Assembly: GCA_965262725.1 (NCBI GenBank)
Contig: OZ253555.1
Span: forward strand, 2,880,001-2,944,000
DNA from: Dehalococcoidia bacterium
Lineage (GTDB): Bacteria; Chloroflexota; Dehalococcoidia; UBA2979
Length of the DNA: 64,000 nucleotides
Direction of reading: 5' to 3'
The notes under the pieces were generated by a model. That model made no database searches, was not told where the DNA came from, and saw nothing but the letters and a program-made list of their open reading frames with translations. How positions within the stretch are numbered: position 1 is the first letter of the stretch; each line of letters opens with the position of its first letter. Of this stretch, positions 10,539 through 22,040 are shown one piece after another. The translations under genes were made by a program, and so were the position numbers.

Positions 10539-11804
10539 GTGGCGGTGGCGACGAGCGGCGGGAAGGCGGGACCGCAGGACACGCCGGCGTGGGCTCCGCC
10601 GCCGTGGGAGCAGCTGACGGTCGTCCAGGTTGGCGGCGAGACAGCGGCCGCCTTCACCGGCCGGCTGTTCGTCGAGCTCGGCTGCCGCGTCATCGTGGTC
10701 GAGCGGCCGGGCGAGCGCGCCGAGCGCGAGGCGAACTCCCCCGAGAGCGGCGCCGAGGAGGGGCGCTCCTCGACCTTCACCTACCTGAACTGGGCGAAGC
10801 TCGGCGTCGTCCTCGACTACGGGCGGCCGGAGGGCGTGGAGCTCCTCGCGCGCCTGGCGCGAAGCGCCGACGTGCTGATACGCCCGCCTCTCCCCGGGGC
10901 GATGGAGGAGCACTGGCACGAACTCGGCATCGACGCCGCCCGCGAGGCGGGCCTCGTCGAGCTCGTGATCTCGCCGTTCGGCGAAAGCGGTCCGAACGCC
11001 GGGCCCTACGCCGACCCCGCCAGGCCGTGGCGCGCCGACTCTGGCGCGGCGCTCGCGCTCTCCGGCATGCTCTACACGACCGGCGACCCGACGAAGCCAC
11101 CGCTCCTCACGCAACCGGAGATCGCGGCGCACGCGACGGCGGCCGAGGCGCTGATGAGCGTGCTCGCGGCGCTCCACTGGCGGATGCGCACCGGGCGCGG
11201 GAGTCACATCGACCTCTCGATGCACGATGCGGCGGTCGCCTTCGACGAGTACAACCTCGTGCTGCCGTCCACCGTCGGCGTCGTCCGGCAGCGCTTCTAC
11301 TCCCGCATCATCCAGGGCTACCCCAGCGACATCTTCCGCTGCCGCGACGGGTGGCTGGTCGTGCTCGGCGGCGTGAACTTCCGGGAGCTGTCGCTCGTGA
11401 TCGGCCGCCCCGACCTCCTCGACGATCCGCTCTTCGCCGATCGCAACTACCGCACGGAGCACTGGCGCGAGGTCGAGACGCTGCTCGCCCCGTGGTTCCT
11501 CGAGCACAGGCGCGACGAGGTGGTGGCCCGCGCGCAGGAGCTGCGCCTCATGATCTCCCCGGTGATGCGCGTCGGCGAACTCGCCGAGCATCCGCACGTG
11601 CGCGCGCGGAACGCCGTGCGCCGCGAGCGGGACGCGCTCGGCGAGGTGAGGCTGGTCGCTCCCCCCTTCCGGCTCGGCTCCTGGCAACCGCGGCACGAGC
11701 CGGCGCCGCTCGAGGGTGAGCACACGGTGCAGGTCCTCACGGCGATCATGCGCGCGGAGCGCGGCGACGGGGAGGCGGCCCCGGACGGCCGCCCCGAGCG
11801 ATGA
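10539..11804 (+). CDS. Family III CoA-transferase (CaiB/BaiF), subunit apparently lacking the catalytic Asp
   Basis: 'LGCRVIVVERP', 'YLNWAKLGVVLD', 'TGRGSHIDLS', 'IFRCRDGW', 'APLEGEHT'. Confidence 0.85.
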   Translation: MAVATSGGKAGPQDTPAWAPPPWEQLTVVQVGGETAAAFTGRLFVELGCRVIVVERPGERAEREANSPESGAEEGRSSTFTYLNWAKLGVVLDYGRPEGVELLARLARSADVLIRPPLPGAMEEHWHELGIDAAREAGLVELVISPFGESGPNAGPYADPARPWRADSGAALALSGMLYTTGDPTKPPLLTQPEIAAHATAAEALMSVLAALHWRMRTGRGSHIDLSMHDAAVAFDEYNLVLPSTVGVVRQRFYSRIIQGYPSDIFRCRDGWLVVLGGVNFRELSLVIGRPDLLDDPLFADRNYRTEHWREVETLLAPWFLEHRRDEVVARAQELRLMISPVMRVGELAEHPHVRARNAVRRERDALGEVRLVAPPFRLGSWQPRHEPAPLEGEHTVQVLTAIMRAERGDGEAAPDGRPER

Positions 11805-13183
11805 GAGCCCCCTCGCGCCCGCTTGAGGGGATCCGCGTCCTCGACTTCTCCCACGTCTGGGCGGGTCCGATCTGCGCGCGCATCCTCGGGGACCTCGGGG
11901 CCGAGGTCATCAAGGTCGAGGGCCCCGGCCGCCTCGACGGAATGCGCAACCTCTTCCTGATGGCGAACGATACCGACGACGACTACTGGAACCGCTCCGG
12001 ATTCTTTCAGAACCGCAACCAGAACAAGCGAGGGATCGCCGTCGACCTGAGGACGGATGAAGGGCGCGAGCTGATACGGCGCATGGCGCCGCAGGTCGAC
12101 GTGGTGGTGGAGAACTTCACGCCGCGCGTGATGCCGGCCTTCGGGCTCGGCTACGACCGCCTCTCCGAGCTCAACCCCCGCATCATCATGATCTCGATGT
12201 CGGGCTACGGATCGGCCGGGCCCTACTCGAACTTCGGCGCGATCGGCCTCTCGCTCGACGGATCGAGTGGGCTCGCCGCCTCCAACGGCCACCCCGACGA
12301 CCGCCCGGAGAAGAGCGGTAGCGCCTTCCTCGATCCCTTCGCCGGCGTCTCCGGCGCCGCCGCGGTGATGGCGGCCCTGCTCGAGCGTGCGCGCACGGGC
12401 CGTGGCCAGTTCATCGACGTCTCGCAGCACGAGGGCGGGATGAACTTCGTGGGCGGCTACGTCGTCGAGCACGGCCGCTCGGGCCGGGAGCCCGAGCGGC
12501 GCGGCAGTCGGAGCGACCGCCACGCCCCGCAGGGTGTCTACCCGTGCTCGGGCGAGGGGCACTGGATCTACCTCTCCGTGCGCGACCAAGCGGAGTGGCG
12601 CGCGCTGTGCAAGGAGCTGGGCGCCCCGGAACTCGCATCCGAGGTGGGCTTCGACTCGGCGGCCGGGCGCCTCGCGCGGCACGACGAGCTCGACGACCGG
12701 CTCGCGCGCTACACGCGTCTGCGCGAGCGCCGCGAGCTGATGGGCGCACTGCAGGCGCGCGGGGTGATCGCGGGGGCCTTGCTGGACGGCGCGGAGGTGC
12801 TGAACGACCCGCACCTGCACGCGCGCGACACCTTCGAGTGGATCGACGTCGGGACGCCGCCCCGGCCCTACCCCAGCCAGCGCGCGCTCCCGGCACGCTT
12901 CGACGGCTTCGAGGCGCGGCCCGTCGGCCCCGCGCCGCGCCTCGGCGAGCACAACCGGGAGGTGCTCACCGAGCTGCTCGGGCTCGGCGACCACGAGCTC
13001 GAGCGGCTGCAGGAGGAGGGGATCATCGGCTCCGAACCGCGCTTCGCCCTCCCCGTTGAGCAGCAGCGCGACATCATCCGCTACCCGCTCCAGATGTGGG
13101 TGGACATCGGCTCGGTCCGCTGGCTCGCGCCGGACGGAAGCCACGGTCTCGCCCCGGATGAGAAGCCCGGCGGGGGCGCGTGA
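11801..13183 (+). CDS. Family III CoA-transferase (CaiB/BaiF), catalytic subunit
   Basis: 'LEGIRVLDFSHVWAGP', 'NQNKRGIAVDL', 'VVVENF', 'AFLDP' (catalytic Asp); ATGA overlap with upstream gene. Confidence 0.92.
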   Translation: MRAPSRPLEGIRVLDFSHVWAGPICARILGDLGAEVIKVEGPGRLDGMRNLFLMANDTDDDYWNRSGFFQNRNQNKRGIAVDLRTDEGRELIRRMAPQVDVVVENFTPRVMPAFGLGYDRLSELNPRIIMISMSGYGSAGPYSNFGAIGLSLDGSSGLAASNGHPDDRPEKSGSAFLDPFAGVSGAAAVMAALLERARTGRGQFIDVSQHEGGMNFVGGYVVEHGRSGREPERRGSRSDRHAPQGVYPCSGEGHWIYLSVRDQAEWRALCKELGAPELASEVGFDSAAGRLARHDELDDRLARYTRLRERRELMGALQARGVIAGALLDGAEVLNDPHLHARDTFEWIDVGTPPRPYPSQRALPARFDGFEARPVGPAPRLGEHNREVLTELLGLGDHELERLQEEGIIGSEPRFALPVEQQRDIIRYPLQMWVDIGSVRWLAPDGSHGLAPDEKPGGGA

Positions 13184-13728
13184 GCGCAGACGAGGAGCAC
13201 AGCATGGCGACGTTGCGCCCGTTCCATCTCGGTCGCTGGATCGAGGAGAACCGGGAGCGCCTCAGGCCGCCGGTCAACAACGCCGTGCTGTGGGAGGACA
13301 CGGAGTTCTTGGTGGTGGTCGCGGGCGGTCCGAACGCGCGCACGGACTATCACGACGGCGCCGCCGAGGAGTACTTCCACCAGATCGAGGGCGACATGGT
13401 GCTGCGGGTGATGGAGGCCAGCGGGCCGCGCGACGTGCCGATACACGAGGGGGAGGTCCTGCTCCTGCCTCCCCGCGTCCCCCACTCCCCGCAGCGCCCC
13501 GCGGGGAGCGTCGGCATCGTCGTGGAGCGCGTCCGCCGCCCGGGTGAGATCGACGCGTTCGAGTGGTACTGCGAGCGCTGCCACGCGCGCGTGCACCGCC
13601 GCGAGCTCGAGCTACGCGACCTGGTGCGCGACATCCCGCCGGTATTCGAGGAGTACTACGATCGGGTGGCGCCGGGGAACTGCCCCTCCTGCGGGTCCCC
13701 CAACCCCCGGCGTCCGGGGGTAGCCTAA
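13180..13728 (+). CDS. nbaC: 3-hydroxyanthranilate 3,4-dioxygenase
   Basis: 'LRPPVNN', 'GGPNARTDYH', 'EEYFHQIEG', 'PHSPQR', rubredoxin-like 'WYCERC...CPSCG'. Confidence 0.93.
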   Translation: MSADEEHSMATLRPFHLGRWIEENRERLRPPVNNAVLWEDTEFLVVVAGGPNARTDYHDGAAEEYFHQIEGDMVLRVMEASGPRDVPIHEGEVLLLPPRVPHSPQRPAGSVGIVVERVRRPGEIDAFEWYCERCHARVHRRELELRDLVRDIPPVFEEYYDRVAPGNCPSCGSPNPRRPGVA

Positions 13729-14050
13729 TCGTCGCTCCCGGAGAGCCGGGCGCGGAGGCGCCCCTCTCGATCGGCTAGGTCCGGGGTCAGGGCCTCGCCG
13801 AAGTCCTCGGCCTCGAAGAGCGGACGTATCTCGATTGCGCCCGGGCCGGGCATCGGAGGTGGAGCGCGCTTCGCCCACTCGGCCGCCTCGTCCATGTCCC
13901 GGACCCGCCAGATCCAGAAGCCGGCGACCAGCTGGGTCGGGTCGGCGAAGGGGCCGTCTCCGACTGCGCGCTTCGGCCCGTCGAAGCCCACGCGCCTGCC
14001 GCGCTCCGAGGGATGCAGCCCCTCCCCCTCGAGCAGGACGCCCGCGGCGC
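13725..14050 (-). pseudogene. YciI/DGPF-family protein, N-terminally truncated
   Basis: 'AGVLLEGEGLHPS...DGPF...LVAGFWIWRVRDMDEAAEWAKR...IEIRPLFE' is present, but there is no in-frame start or N-terminal strand/helix; nearest ATG (14065) is out of frame. Confidence 0.65.
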
Positions 14051-14113
14051 AGGTGCGGGGAGCATGAGCCGCTCGTGAGGCCCGGAGCGAGAACCCGGCG
14101 GGACGGGGCCGGC

Positions 14114-16138
<2,025 letters not shown>

Positions 16139-16285
16139 ACAGGCGCCCCCGGCTCGACGCGCCCTCGGGCGCGAGCCCCGGCGTGACGCCGAGGCCGCGG
16201 GGAGAGGGCGATCATACGAGCGTCCGCGTCCGCGTGCGTGTGCGGGGCGACGCTGGGATGATGACCTCCTCCCCGGGGGGCAGCG

Positions 16286-18250
16286 ATGCGCTCGACGCCT
16301 GCCCGACGGTGCGGCGAGGATTCGGCTCGGGCTGCGCCGTCGCCGCGCCGGGATGCGCGGCTCGCTGCTGTGCTCTCTCTGCTCGCGCTGGGCGCCCTGC
16401 TCACGCTTGTGATCGCGGCGATCCCCCATCCCGACGCGCTGCTCCGCGAGCCGGCCGGCACCAGCCCGCAGGCGGGCGTGGCGATCCCCGCCGGCGCGCC
16501 GCTCTGCAGCGCGGAGGCGCGGCCAGCGGCGGAGACAACACCCGGGTCGCGTGCGACGCCGGTCTGGCTGCACGTCCAGTGCGACCGGCCGGGCCTGCTT
16601 GTAGCCATCCCCCCGGTCGGGGATCCGGCGGGCGCCGAGCTGGGCGGCAACGGGCGCTTCGAGGGGCTGCTGGGACGCGCGTACCTCTGCGCCGGCCAGA
16701 CGGCGAACCTCTCTCTCACGGTGACCGGCGAGGGCGGGGCGAGCTGGGAGACGACCGTCCCGCTAGCGGCATCCCCCGGGGCGCCTGCGTGTGACGTGCT
16801 GATCCGCCCCGGCGTGACCGAGTTCACCTGGGAACGTGACGCGATCGCGGTGACCGACGCCTTCACCGACGAGACCCTGGGCGCGCCCCGCGGCTTCGGC
16901 GCGAACAGCAGCGACCGGGCGCTCGACCACCTCGCCGTCCGGTACCAGGAGGAGAGCGGGCGCTTGCTCGCGTGGGGATTCGCCGCCCCCGACACGGCCG
17001 TGCTCGAGCGCCTGGAGAGCGGGAAGCGCTACCTCATCGCCACGGACGCCGAGATCGCCTGGAGCTTCCCCGACGCGCTCGTCGCGTCCGGTACGCCCAC
17101 CGCCCCCGGCACGCCCGCTGCCCTCGACACGCCCGCTGCCCTCGACACGCCCGCTGCCCCCGACGCGCCCGTCACGCCCGTCACGCCCGTCACGCCCGTC
17201 ACGCCCGCTGCCCCCGACGCGCCCGCTGCCCCCGACGCGCCCGACGCGCCCGTCACGCCCGCCGCCCCCGACGCGCCCGCCGCCCCCGACACGCCCGACA
17301 CGCCCGACACGCCCGACACGCCCGACACGCCCGACACGCCCGACACGCCCGACACGCCCGACACGCCCGACACGCCCGACACGCCCGCCGCCCCCGACGC
17401 GCCCGCTGCCCCCGACGCGCCCGTCACGCCCGACACGCCCGCCGCCCCGGAGACCTCCCCGGATGTCGCAACCCCGGCCGTCTCGGGACGGGGAGCCCAA
17501 GTGGTTTCCTATTACGGCCACCCGGATGTCCCGCGGATGGGGATCCTCGGCGCCGGCACGCCCGAGGACGCGGCGGACGGCGTCGCCGTGCTGGCGGCGG
17601 CCTACGACGAGCTCAACGGCGACCGCGACGTGATCCCGGCGCTCCACCTGATCGCCGGCGTCGCCACCTCCGCCCCGGGCGCGGCCGGCCTCCACCTCCA
17701 GCGCCTGTCCCACGAGCACGTGCGCAGGTGGGTCCGCCTCGCGGAGGAGCGCGAGCAACTGATCTTCCTCGACGTACAGGTCGGCTGGTCCAACGCGCTG
17801 GGGGAGGCCAGGGCGCTCGAGGAGTTCCTCCGCGAGCCGCACGTGCACCTGGCGCTCGACCCCGAGTTCGCGACCCTCGGACTGGGGCGGCCCGGGACCG
17901 TGATCGGGCGGCTCGACGGCGCCGCCGTCGACGGGGTGCAGGCCTACCTCGCCGGGCTCGTGCGCTCCGAGGGGATCCCCCCGAAGCTCCTCGTGCTGCA
18001 TCAGTTCCTCGACAGCATGCTCCCCGATGCGGACGAGGGCTACGCGGATCATCCCGAGGTCGAAATAGTGATCGACATGGACGGCTTCGGCCGCGCATCG
18101 GTCAAGCTCACGAAGTACCGCCGCTACTCGCTCTCCGCGTATGCGGAACGCCCCGCGATCAAGCTCTTTTTCCTCTACGACGAGCCGATCCTGACGCCAG
18201 CCGATGTGCAGTCCCTCGACTCGCCGCCCGACCTGATCATCTACCAGTAG
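16286..18250 (+). CDS. Membrane-anchored/exported protein with X-Y-Pro tandem-repeat stalk and conserved C-terminal domain
   Basis: Hydrophobic N-terminal helix, ~120-aa TPD/APD/TPV repeat, C-terminal domain 'VVSYYGHP...LDVQVG...HLALDPEF...LHQF...DMDGFG...LIIYQ'. Confidence 0.75.
   Translation: MRSTPARRCGEDSARAAPSPRRDARLAAVLSLLALGALLTLVIAAIPHPDALLREPAGTSPQAGVAIPAGAPLCSAEARPAAETTPGSRATPVWLHVQCDRPGLLVAIPPVGDPAGAELGGNGRFEGLLGRAYLCAGQTANLSLTVTGEGGASWETTVPLAASPGAPACDVLIRPGVTEFTWERDAIAVTDAFTDETLGAPRGFGANSSDRALDHLAVRYQEESGRLLAWGFAAPDTAVLERLESGKRYLIATDAEIAWSFPDALVASGTPTAPGTPAALDTPAALDTPAAPDAPVTPVTPVTPVTPAAPDAPAAPDAPDAPVTPAAPDAPAAPDTPDTPDTPDTPDTPDTPDTPDTPDTPDTPDTPAAPDAPAAPDAPVTPDTPAAPETSPDVATPAVSGRGAQVVSYYGHPDVPRMGILGAGTPEDAADGVAVLAAAYDELNGDRDVIPALHLIAGVATSAPGAAGLHLQRLSHEHVRRWVRLAEEREQLIFLDVQVGWSNALGEARALEEFLREPHVHLALDPEFATLGLGRPGTVIGRLDGAAVDGVQAYLAGLVRSEGIPPKLLVLHQFLDSMLPDADEGYADHPEVEIVIDMDGFGRASVKLTKYRRYSLSAYAERPAIKLFFLYDEPILTPADVQSLDSPPDLIIYQ
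17093..17449 (+). repeat. 9-bp tandem repeat (coding VNTR), including 11 perfect GACACGCCC units at 17288..17386
   Basis: Directly visible ACGCCCGAC/ACGCCCGTC/GCCCCCGAC/ACGCCCGCT units. Confidence 0.95.
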
Positions 18251-18320
18251 GGGCGCGCAGCCACGGGGCGTCGAGCGGGCGAGCCGTGTAGGCTCCGCTG
18301 CGCGGCGGGGAGGAGCGGGC

Positions 18321-19703
18321 GTGAGCGGCGAGCGAACGAACCAGATCAGCGACGTCATGCGCGACCTCGCCGCATGGATCGCCCACGCCTGCGAACGACC
18401 GCTGCCGCCGGAGGTCGCCGAGAAGGCGAAGCACCACACTCTCGACACGCTCGCGGCGATGATTTCCGGCTCGCGGCTGCGTCCCGGCGAACTCGGCGTC
18501 GCTTACGTGCGCGCGCAGCGGGCGCAGGCGGAGGCGGAGGCGAGCATCGCCGGCACCGCGCTTCTCGCATCGGCCGAGCTTGCCGCCTTTGCGAACGGTA
18601 TGACGGCGCACGCTGACGAGACGGACGACTCGCACGCGCCCTCCTTCACGCACCCCGGCTGCGCCGTGATCCCGGCCGCGCTCGCGATGGCGGAGAGGGA
18701 GGGGCGTCCCGGCATCGAGCTTCTGCGCGCAGTCGTGCTGGGCTACGAGCTCTGTGCGCGCAGCACGATGTCGCTCGGCCGCGACGCGCTATACGCGGCG
18801 GGGCACTCCACCCACGCCTTCGGCGGTCTCTTCGGCGCCGCCGCCGCGGCGGGCGCGCTCGCCGGCCTCGATGCGCCGCGCAGCCGGTGGCTGCTCTCGT
18901 ACGCCGCACAGCAGGCCGCCGGCATCACCTCCTGGGCGCGCGACGAGGAGCACATCGAGAAGGCGTTCCACTTCGGCGCGATGCCGGCGAGCCGCGGCGT
19001 GCTCGCCGCCTCGCTCGTGGCCTTCGGCTTCAGCGGCGTCGACGACGTGTTCTCCGGACCCCGCAACTTCTTCGAAGCGTTCTCGGAGGAGCCGGATCCG
19101 GCGCTGCTCACGCGCGATCTCGGCAGCCGCTACGAGATCCTTCATGCCAACATCAAGAAGTGGCCGGTCGGCTCGCCGATCCAGGCGGCGCTCGACTCCG
19201 CCCAGCGGCTCCGCGCTGAGCACCGGATCGAGCCCGAGGCGATCGCGCGCGTCCGGGTGCGGCTGCCCAACATCGAGGCGCACGTCGTCGACGACCGCTC
19301 GATGCCGGACATCAACGCGCAGCACCTGGTGGCCGTGATGCTCCTCGATGGCGATCTCGGCTTCGCCTCGGCGCACGACTACGAGCGGATGCACGACCCC
19401 GAGGTTCTGGCGCTGCGCGAGCGACTGAGCCTGGTACACGACGAGGAGCTCGGGACCGCTCGGCCCAGGCGCCAGGCGATCGTCGAGATCGACACGACCG
19501 ACGGCCGGAGCCTCGCGCACCGCACGCGCGCCGTGCGCGGCACCGCCGACAACCCGATGACGCGCTCCGAGGTCGAGGCGAAGGCCATGGACCTGCTCGC
19601 GCCGGTGCTGGGCGCGGAGCGGGCGCGCGCGCTCGTCGCGACCATCTGGGAACTCGAGACGGTCGGCGACGTCCGCGATCTGCGCCCGCTGCTCGCCGGC
19701 TGA
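18321..19703 (+). CDS. MmgE/PrpD family protein
   Basis: 'ANGMTAHADETDDSH...HPG', 'IKKWPVG', 'GTADNPM'. Confidence 0.9.
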   Translation: MSGERTNQISDVMRDLAAWIAHACERPLPPEVAEKAKHHTLDTLAAMISGSRLRPGELGVAYVRAQRAQAEAEASIAGTALLASAELAAFANGMTAHADETDDSHAPSFTHPGCAVIPAALAMAEREGRPGIELLRAVVLGYELCARSTMSLGRDALYAAGHSTHAFGGLFGAAAAAGALAGLDAPRSRWLLSYAAQQAAGITSWARDEEHIEKAFHFGAMPASRGVLAASLVAFGFSGVDDVFSGPRNFFEAFSEEPDPALLTRDLGSRYEILHANIKKWPVGSPIQAALDSAQRLRAEHRIEPEAIARVRVRLPNIEAHVVDDRSMPDINAQHLVAVMLLDGDLGFASAHDYERMHDPEVLALRERLSLVHDEELGTARPRRQAIVEIDTTDGRSLAHRTRAVRGTADNPMTRSEVEAKAMDLLAPVLGAERARALVATIWELETVGDVRDLRPLLAG

Positions 19704-19805
19704 CCCTATACCCTGGCGCCGTCGGGGGCCGCGGGGCTTGACCGAGGCTGGGCCGTCTTGCCTACGATTTCCCCCGTCCGGGGGCATTCACTCGGGAGGT
19801 GCGAT

Positions 19806-20126
19806 ATGGCGAAGTACTTGTTGCGAGCGGGCTACTCCCGCGACGGCCTGGCGGGCCTCATCAAGGAGGGGGGCACGCGCCGCCGGGAGGCGCTCTCGGA
19901 GACGATCGGGAGCGTCGGCGGTCGACTGGAGGCCTTCTACTACGCGTTCGGGGAGTGCGACCTCTACATGATCGCCGATCTCCCCGACGACGCCTCGGCG
20001 GCCGCAGTCTCGCTCGCGATCAGCTCGGTGGGCGCCATCAACGTCAACATCACCGTGCTCCTGACGCCGGAGACCGTGGACGAGGCGGTCGCAAAGCGCG
20101 TGCCCTACAGGTCGCCCGGGGCGTAG
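19806..20126 (+). CDS. GYD domain protein
   Basis: 'MAKYLLRAGYS', 'GGRLEAFYYAFGECDL', 'YRSPG'; GGAGGT SD. Confidence 0.85.
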   Translation: MAKYLLRAGYSRDGLAGLIKEGGTRRREALSETIGSVGGRLEAFYYAFGECDLYMIADLPDDASAAAVSLAISSVGAINVNITVLLTPETVDEAVAKRVPYRSPGA

Positions 20127-20214
20127 CCCTCTTCCCGCGGAGAGCGTGGAGACGCGCGGCGGGTTTCGCCGGCGCCCGACCCGCATCGGCGCGGGCGGGC
20201 GCCGGCGCATCGCG

Positions 20215-21420
20215 TCAGCCGCGGGGGAGGCCGAGCCCCCTTGTGGAGATGATGTTGCGCTGGATCTCGGAGGTGCCGCCGGCGATCGTCGTCGGGACCA
20301 TCGCAACGTAGCGGTACGGGATCCGCCCCTCGCGCGGCGCGCACGGAGACGTCCGCCAGAGGTTCCCGTAGAGCCCGATCAGCTTCATCGCCGTCCGCGT
20401 CAGCCCCTGCGCGGTCTCCGAGGTGAAGAGCTTCTTGATCGACGCCTCGTAGTTGGGAAGGTCCCCGCGCTTCAGCATGCTCACCACGCGGTACGCCATC
20501 AGCCTGGACACCTGCGCGGCGATCGCCGCGTCGGTGAGTTCGCGGACCCGCCCCGCACCGTCCGCGAGGGGCTCCTCCCCCCGCTGTCCGGCTCGCACGT
20601 ACGCGACGAGCGACTCCACCTCCTGCATGAGAGCGATCGAGGCGCCGATGCGGCTACGCTCCAGGTCGAGCAGCGTCGTTGCGTGGTACCAGCCGCGGTT
20701 CTCCTCGCCGACTCGGTTCGCGGCCGGGATGCGGACGTCCTCGAAGAAGACCTCGTTGATGTCCCACTCGATGATGCCCGGGGTCTCCTTCGCGGTGACG
20801 ATCGGCTGCGTGGTGATGCCGGGCGCCCGCATGTCGAGCAGGAACATCGTGATGCCCCGATGCTTCGGCGCCTCCGGGTCGGTGCGGGCGAGAAGGAGCA
20901 TCCAATCGGCCTTGTGCCCGACAGTGTTCCACACCTTCTGCCCGTTCACGACGTACTCGTCACCGTCGCGCACGGCGCGCGTTTGCAGAGACGCGAGATC
21001 CGACCCGGCTCCCGGCTCGGAGTAGCCCTGGCACCAGATCGTCCGATTGGACGTGATGCGCGGGAGGTGCGTCTCCTTCTGCTGCTCGGAGCCGTGGCGG
21101 ATCAGCGTGGGGCCGACCATGTTCATCCCGATGCCGCCGACCTCGGGGGCTCGGGTCTTCGCCATCTCCTCGTTGAAAATGAACTGCTCCATCGCCGTGA
21201 GGCCGGCGCCGCCGAACTCCTGCGGCCAGTGGGGTGCGATCCACCCCCGCTTGCCGAGGGCACCGCGCCACTCGCGGAGCAGCTCGGCCTCCGTCTCGTC
21301 GCGCGGATCCGGGTACTGCTGCCAACCCGCCGGCGCGAGGCGCGGCTCGAAGCTCTCGTCGACGAAGTCGCGCACCTGCTGCCGGAACGTCGCCTCCTCA
21401 GGGGAGTCGTTGAAATCCAT
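20215..21420 (-). CDS. Acyl-CoA dehydrogenase (FadE-like)
   Basis: 'WCQGYSEPGAGSDLASL', 'NGQKVW', 'TIAGGTSEIQRNII'. Confidence 0.92.
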   Translation of the reverse strand: MDFNDSPEEATFRQQVRDFVDESFEPRLAPAGWQQYPDPRDETEAELLREWRGALGKRGWIAPHWPQEFGGAGLTAMEQFIFNEEMAKTRAPEVGGIGMNMVGPTLIRHGSEQQKETHLPRITSNRTIWCQGYSEPGAGSDLASLQTRAVRDGDEYVVNGQKVWNTVGHKADWMLLLARTDPEAPKHRGITMFLLDMRAPGITTQPIVTAKETPGIIEWDINEVFFEDVRIPAANRVGEENRGWYHATTLLDLERSRIGASIALMQEVESLVAYVRAGQRGEEPLADGAGRVRELTDAAIAAQVSRLMAYRVVSMLKRGDLPNYEASIKKLFTSETAQGLTRTAMKLIGLYGNLWRTSPCAPREGRIPYRYVAMVPTTIAGGTSEIQRNIISTRGLGLPRG

Positions 21421-21501
21421 CTCGCACCTCCTCGCCCCGCCGGCGCCAGCATGATGCCCGTCTCTGCAACGGTATCATCGCCGGAGGCCGGAGGGAGATG
21501 C

Positions 21502-22040
21502 GTGTCCGACCCCGACCCTGCCCTCGCCTTCCGCGCGGTGACGGCCGATCGATGGTCGGACCTGAGACGGCTCTTCGAGGCGCGTGGCGGACCGAGCTAC
21601 TGCTGGTGCATGGCGTGGCGGCCGGGCGGGCGCGGGAGCAACGCCGCGAAGCGCGACGCCCTTCGGCGGATCGTCGAGAAGGGGCCGCCGGTGGGGCTGC
21701 TCGCCTACGAGGAGGGCGAGCCGGTCGTCTGGTGCTCGATCGCCCCCCGCGAGAGCTACCGCGCCCTCGGCGGATGCGCCGAGCCCGAGGCCGTCTCAGT
21801 CTGGTCCGTCGTCTGCTTCTTCGCTGTGAGGCGGCTCCGCGGCCGCGGCATCACCGCACGGCTGCTCAAGGCCGCCATGGCGCTCGCACGCGAGCACGGA
21901 GCGGACGTGATCGAAGGATATGCGGTCGACCCCGACTCGCCTTCCTCGAGGCCGGCTTCACCGAGGTGGGACGGGCCGGCCGCCGGCGGCACGTGATGCG
22001 CCTGAAACTCTCCCCCGGCGGCGGCGCGGAATGCCGATGA
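21502..22040 (+). pseudogene. GNAT N-acetyltransferase, frameshifted near 21940
   Basis: 'YCWCMAWR...WCSIAPRE...WSVVCFF...RGRGIT..LL...EGYAVDPDSP' in one frame; C-terminal 'FLEAGFTEVGRAGRRRHVMRL' in another frame. Confidence 0.75.

Noticed and set aside
17093-17449. Possible CRISPR array
   Set aside because: Contiguous 9-bp units without unique spacers, in frame inside a CDS; no cas genes.
21930-21950. Programmed ribosomal frameshift in the GNAT gene
   Set aside because: No slippery heptamer, and conserved residues appear to be missing, which fits a deletion.
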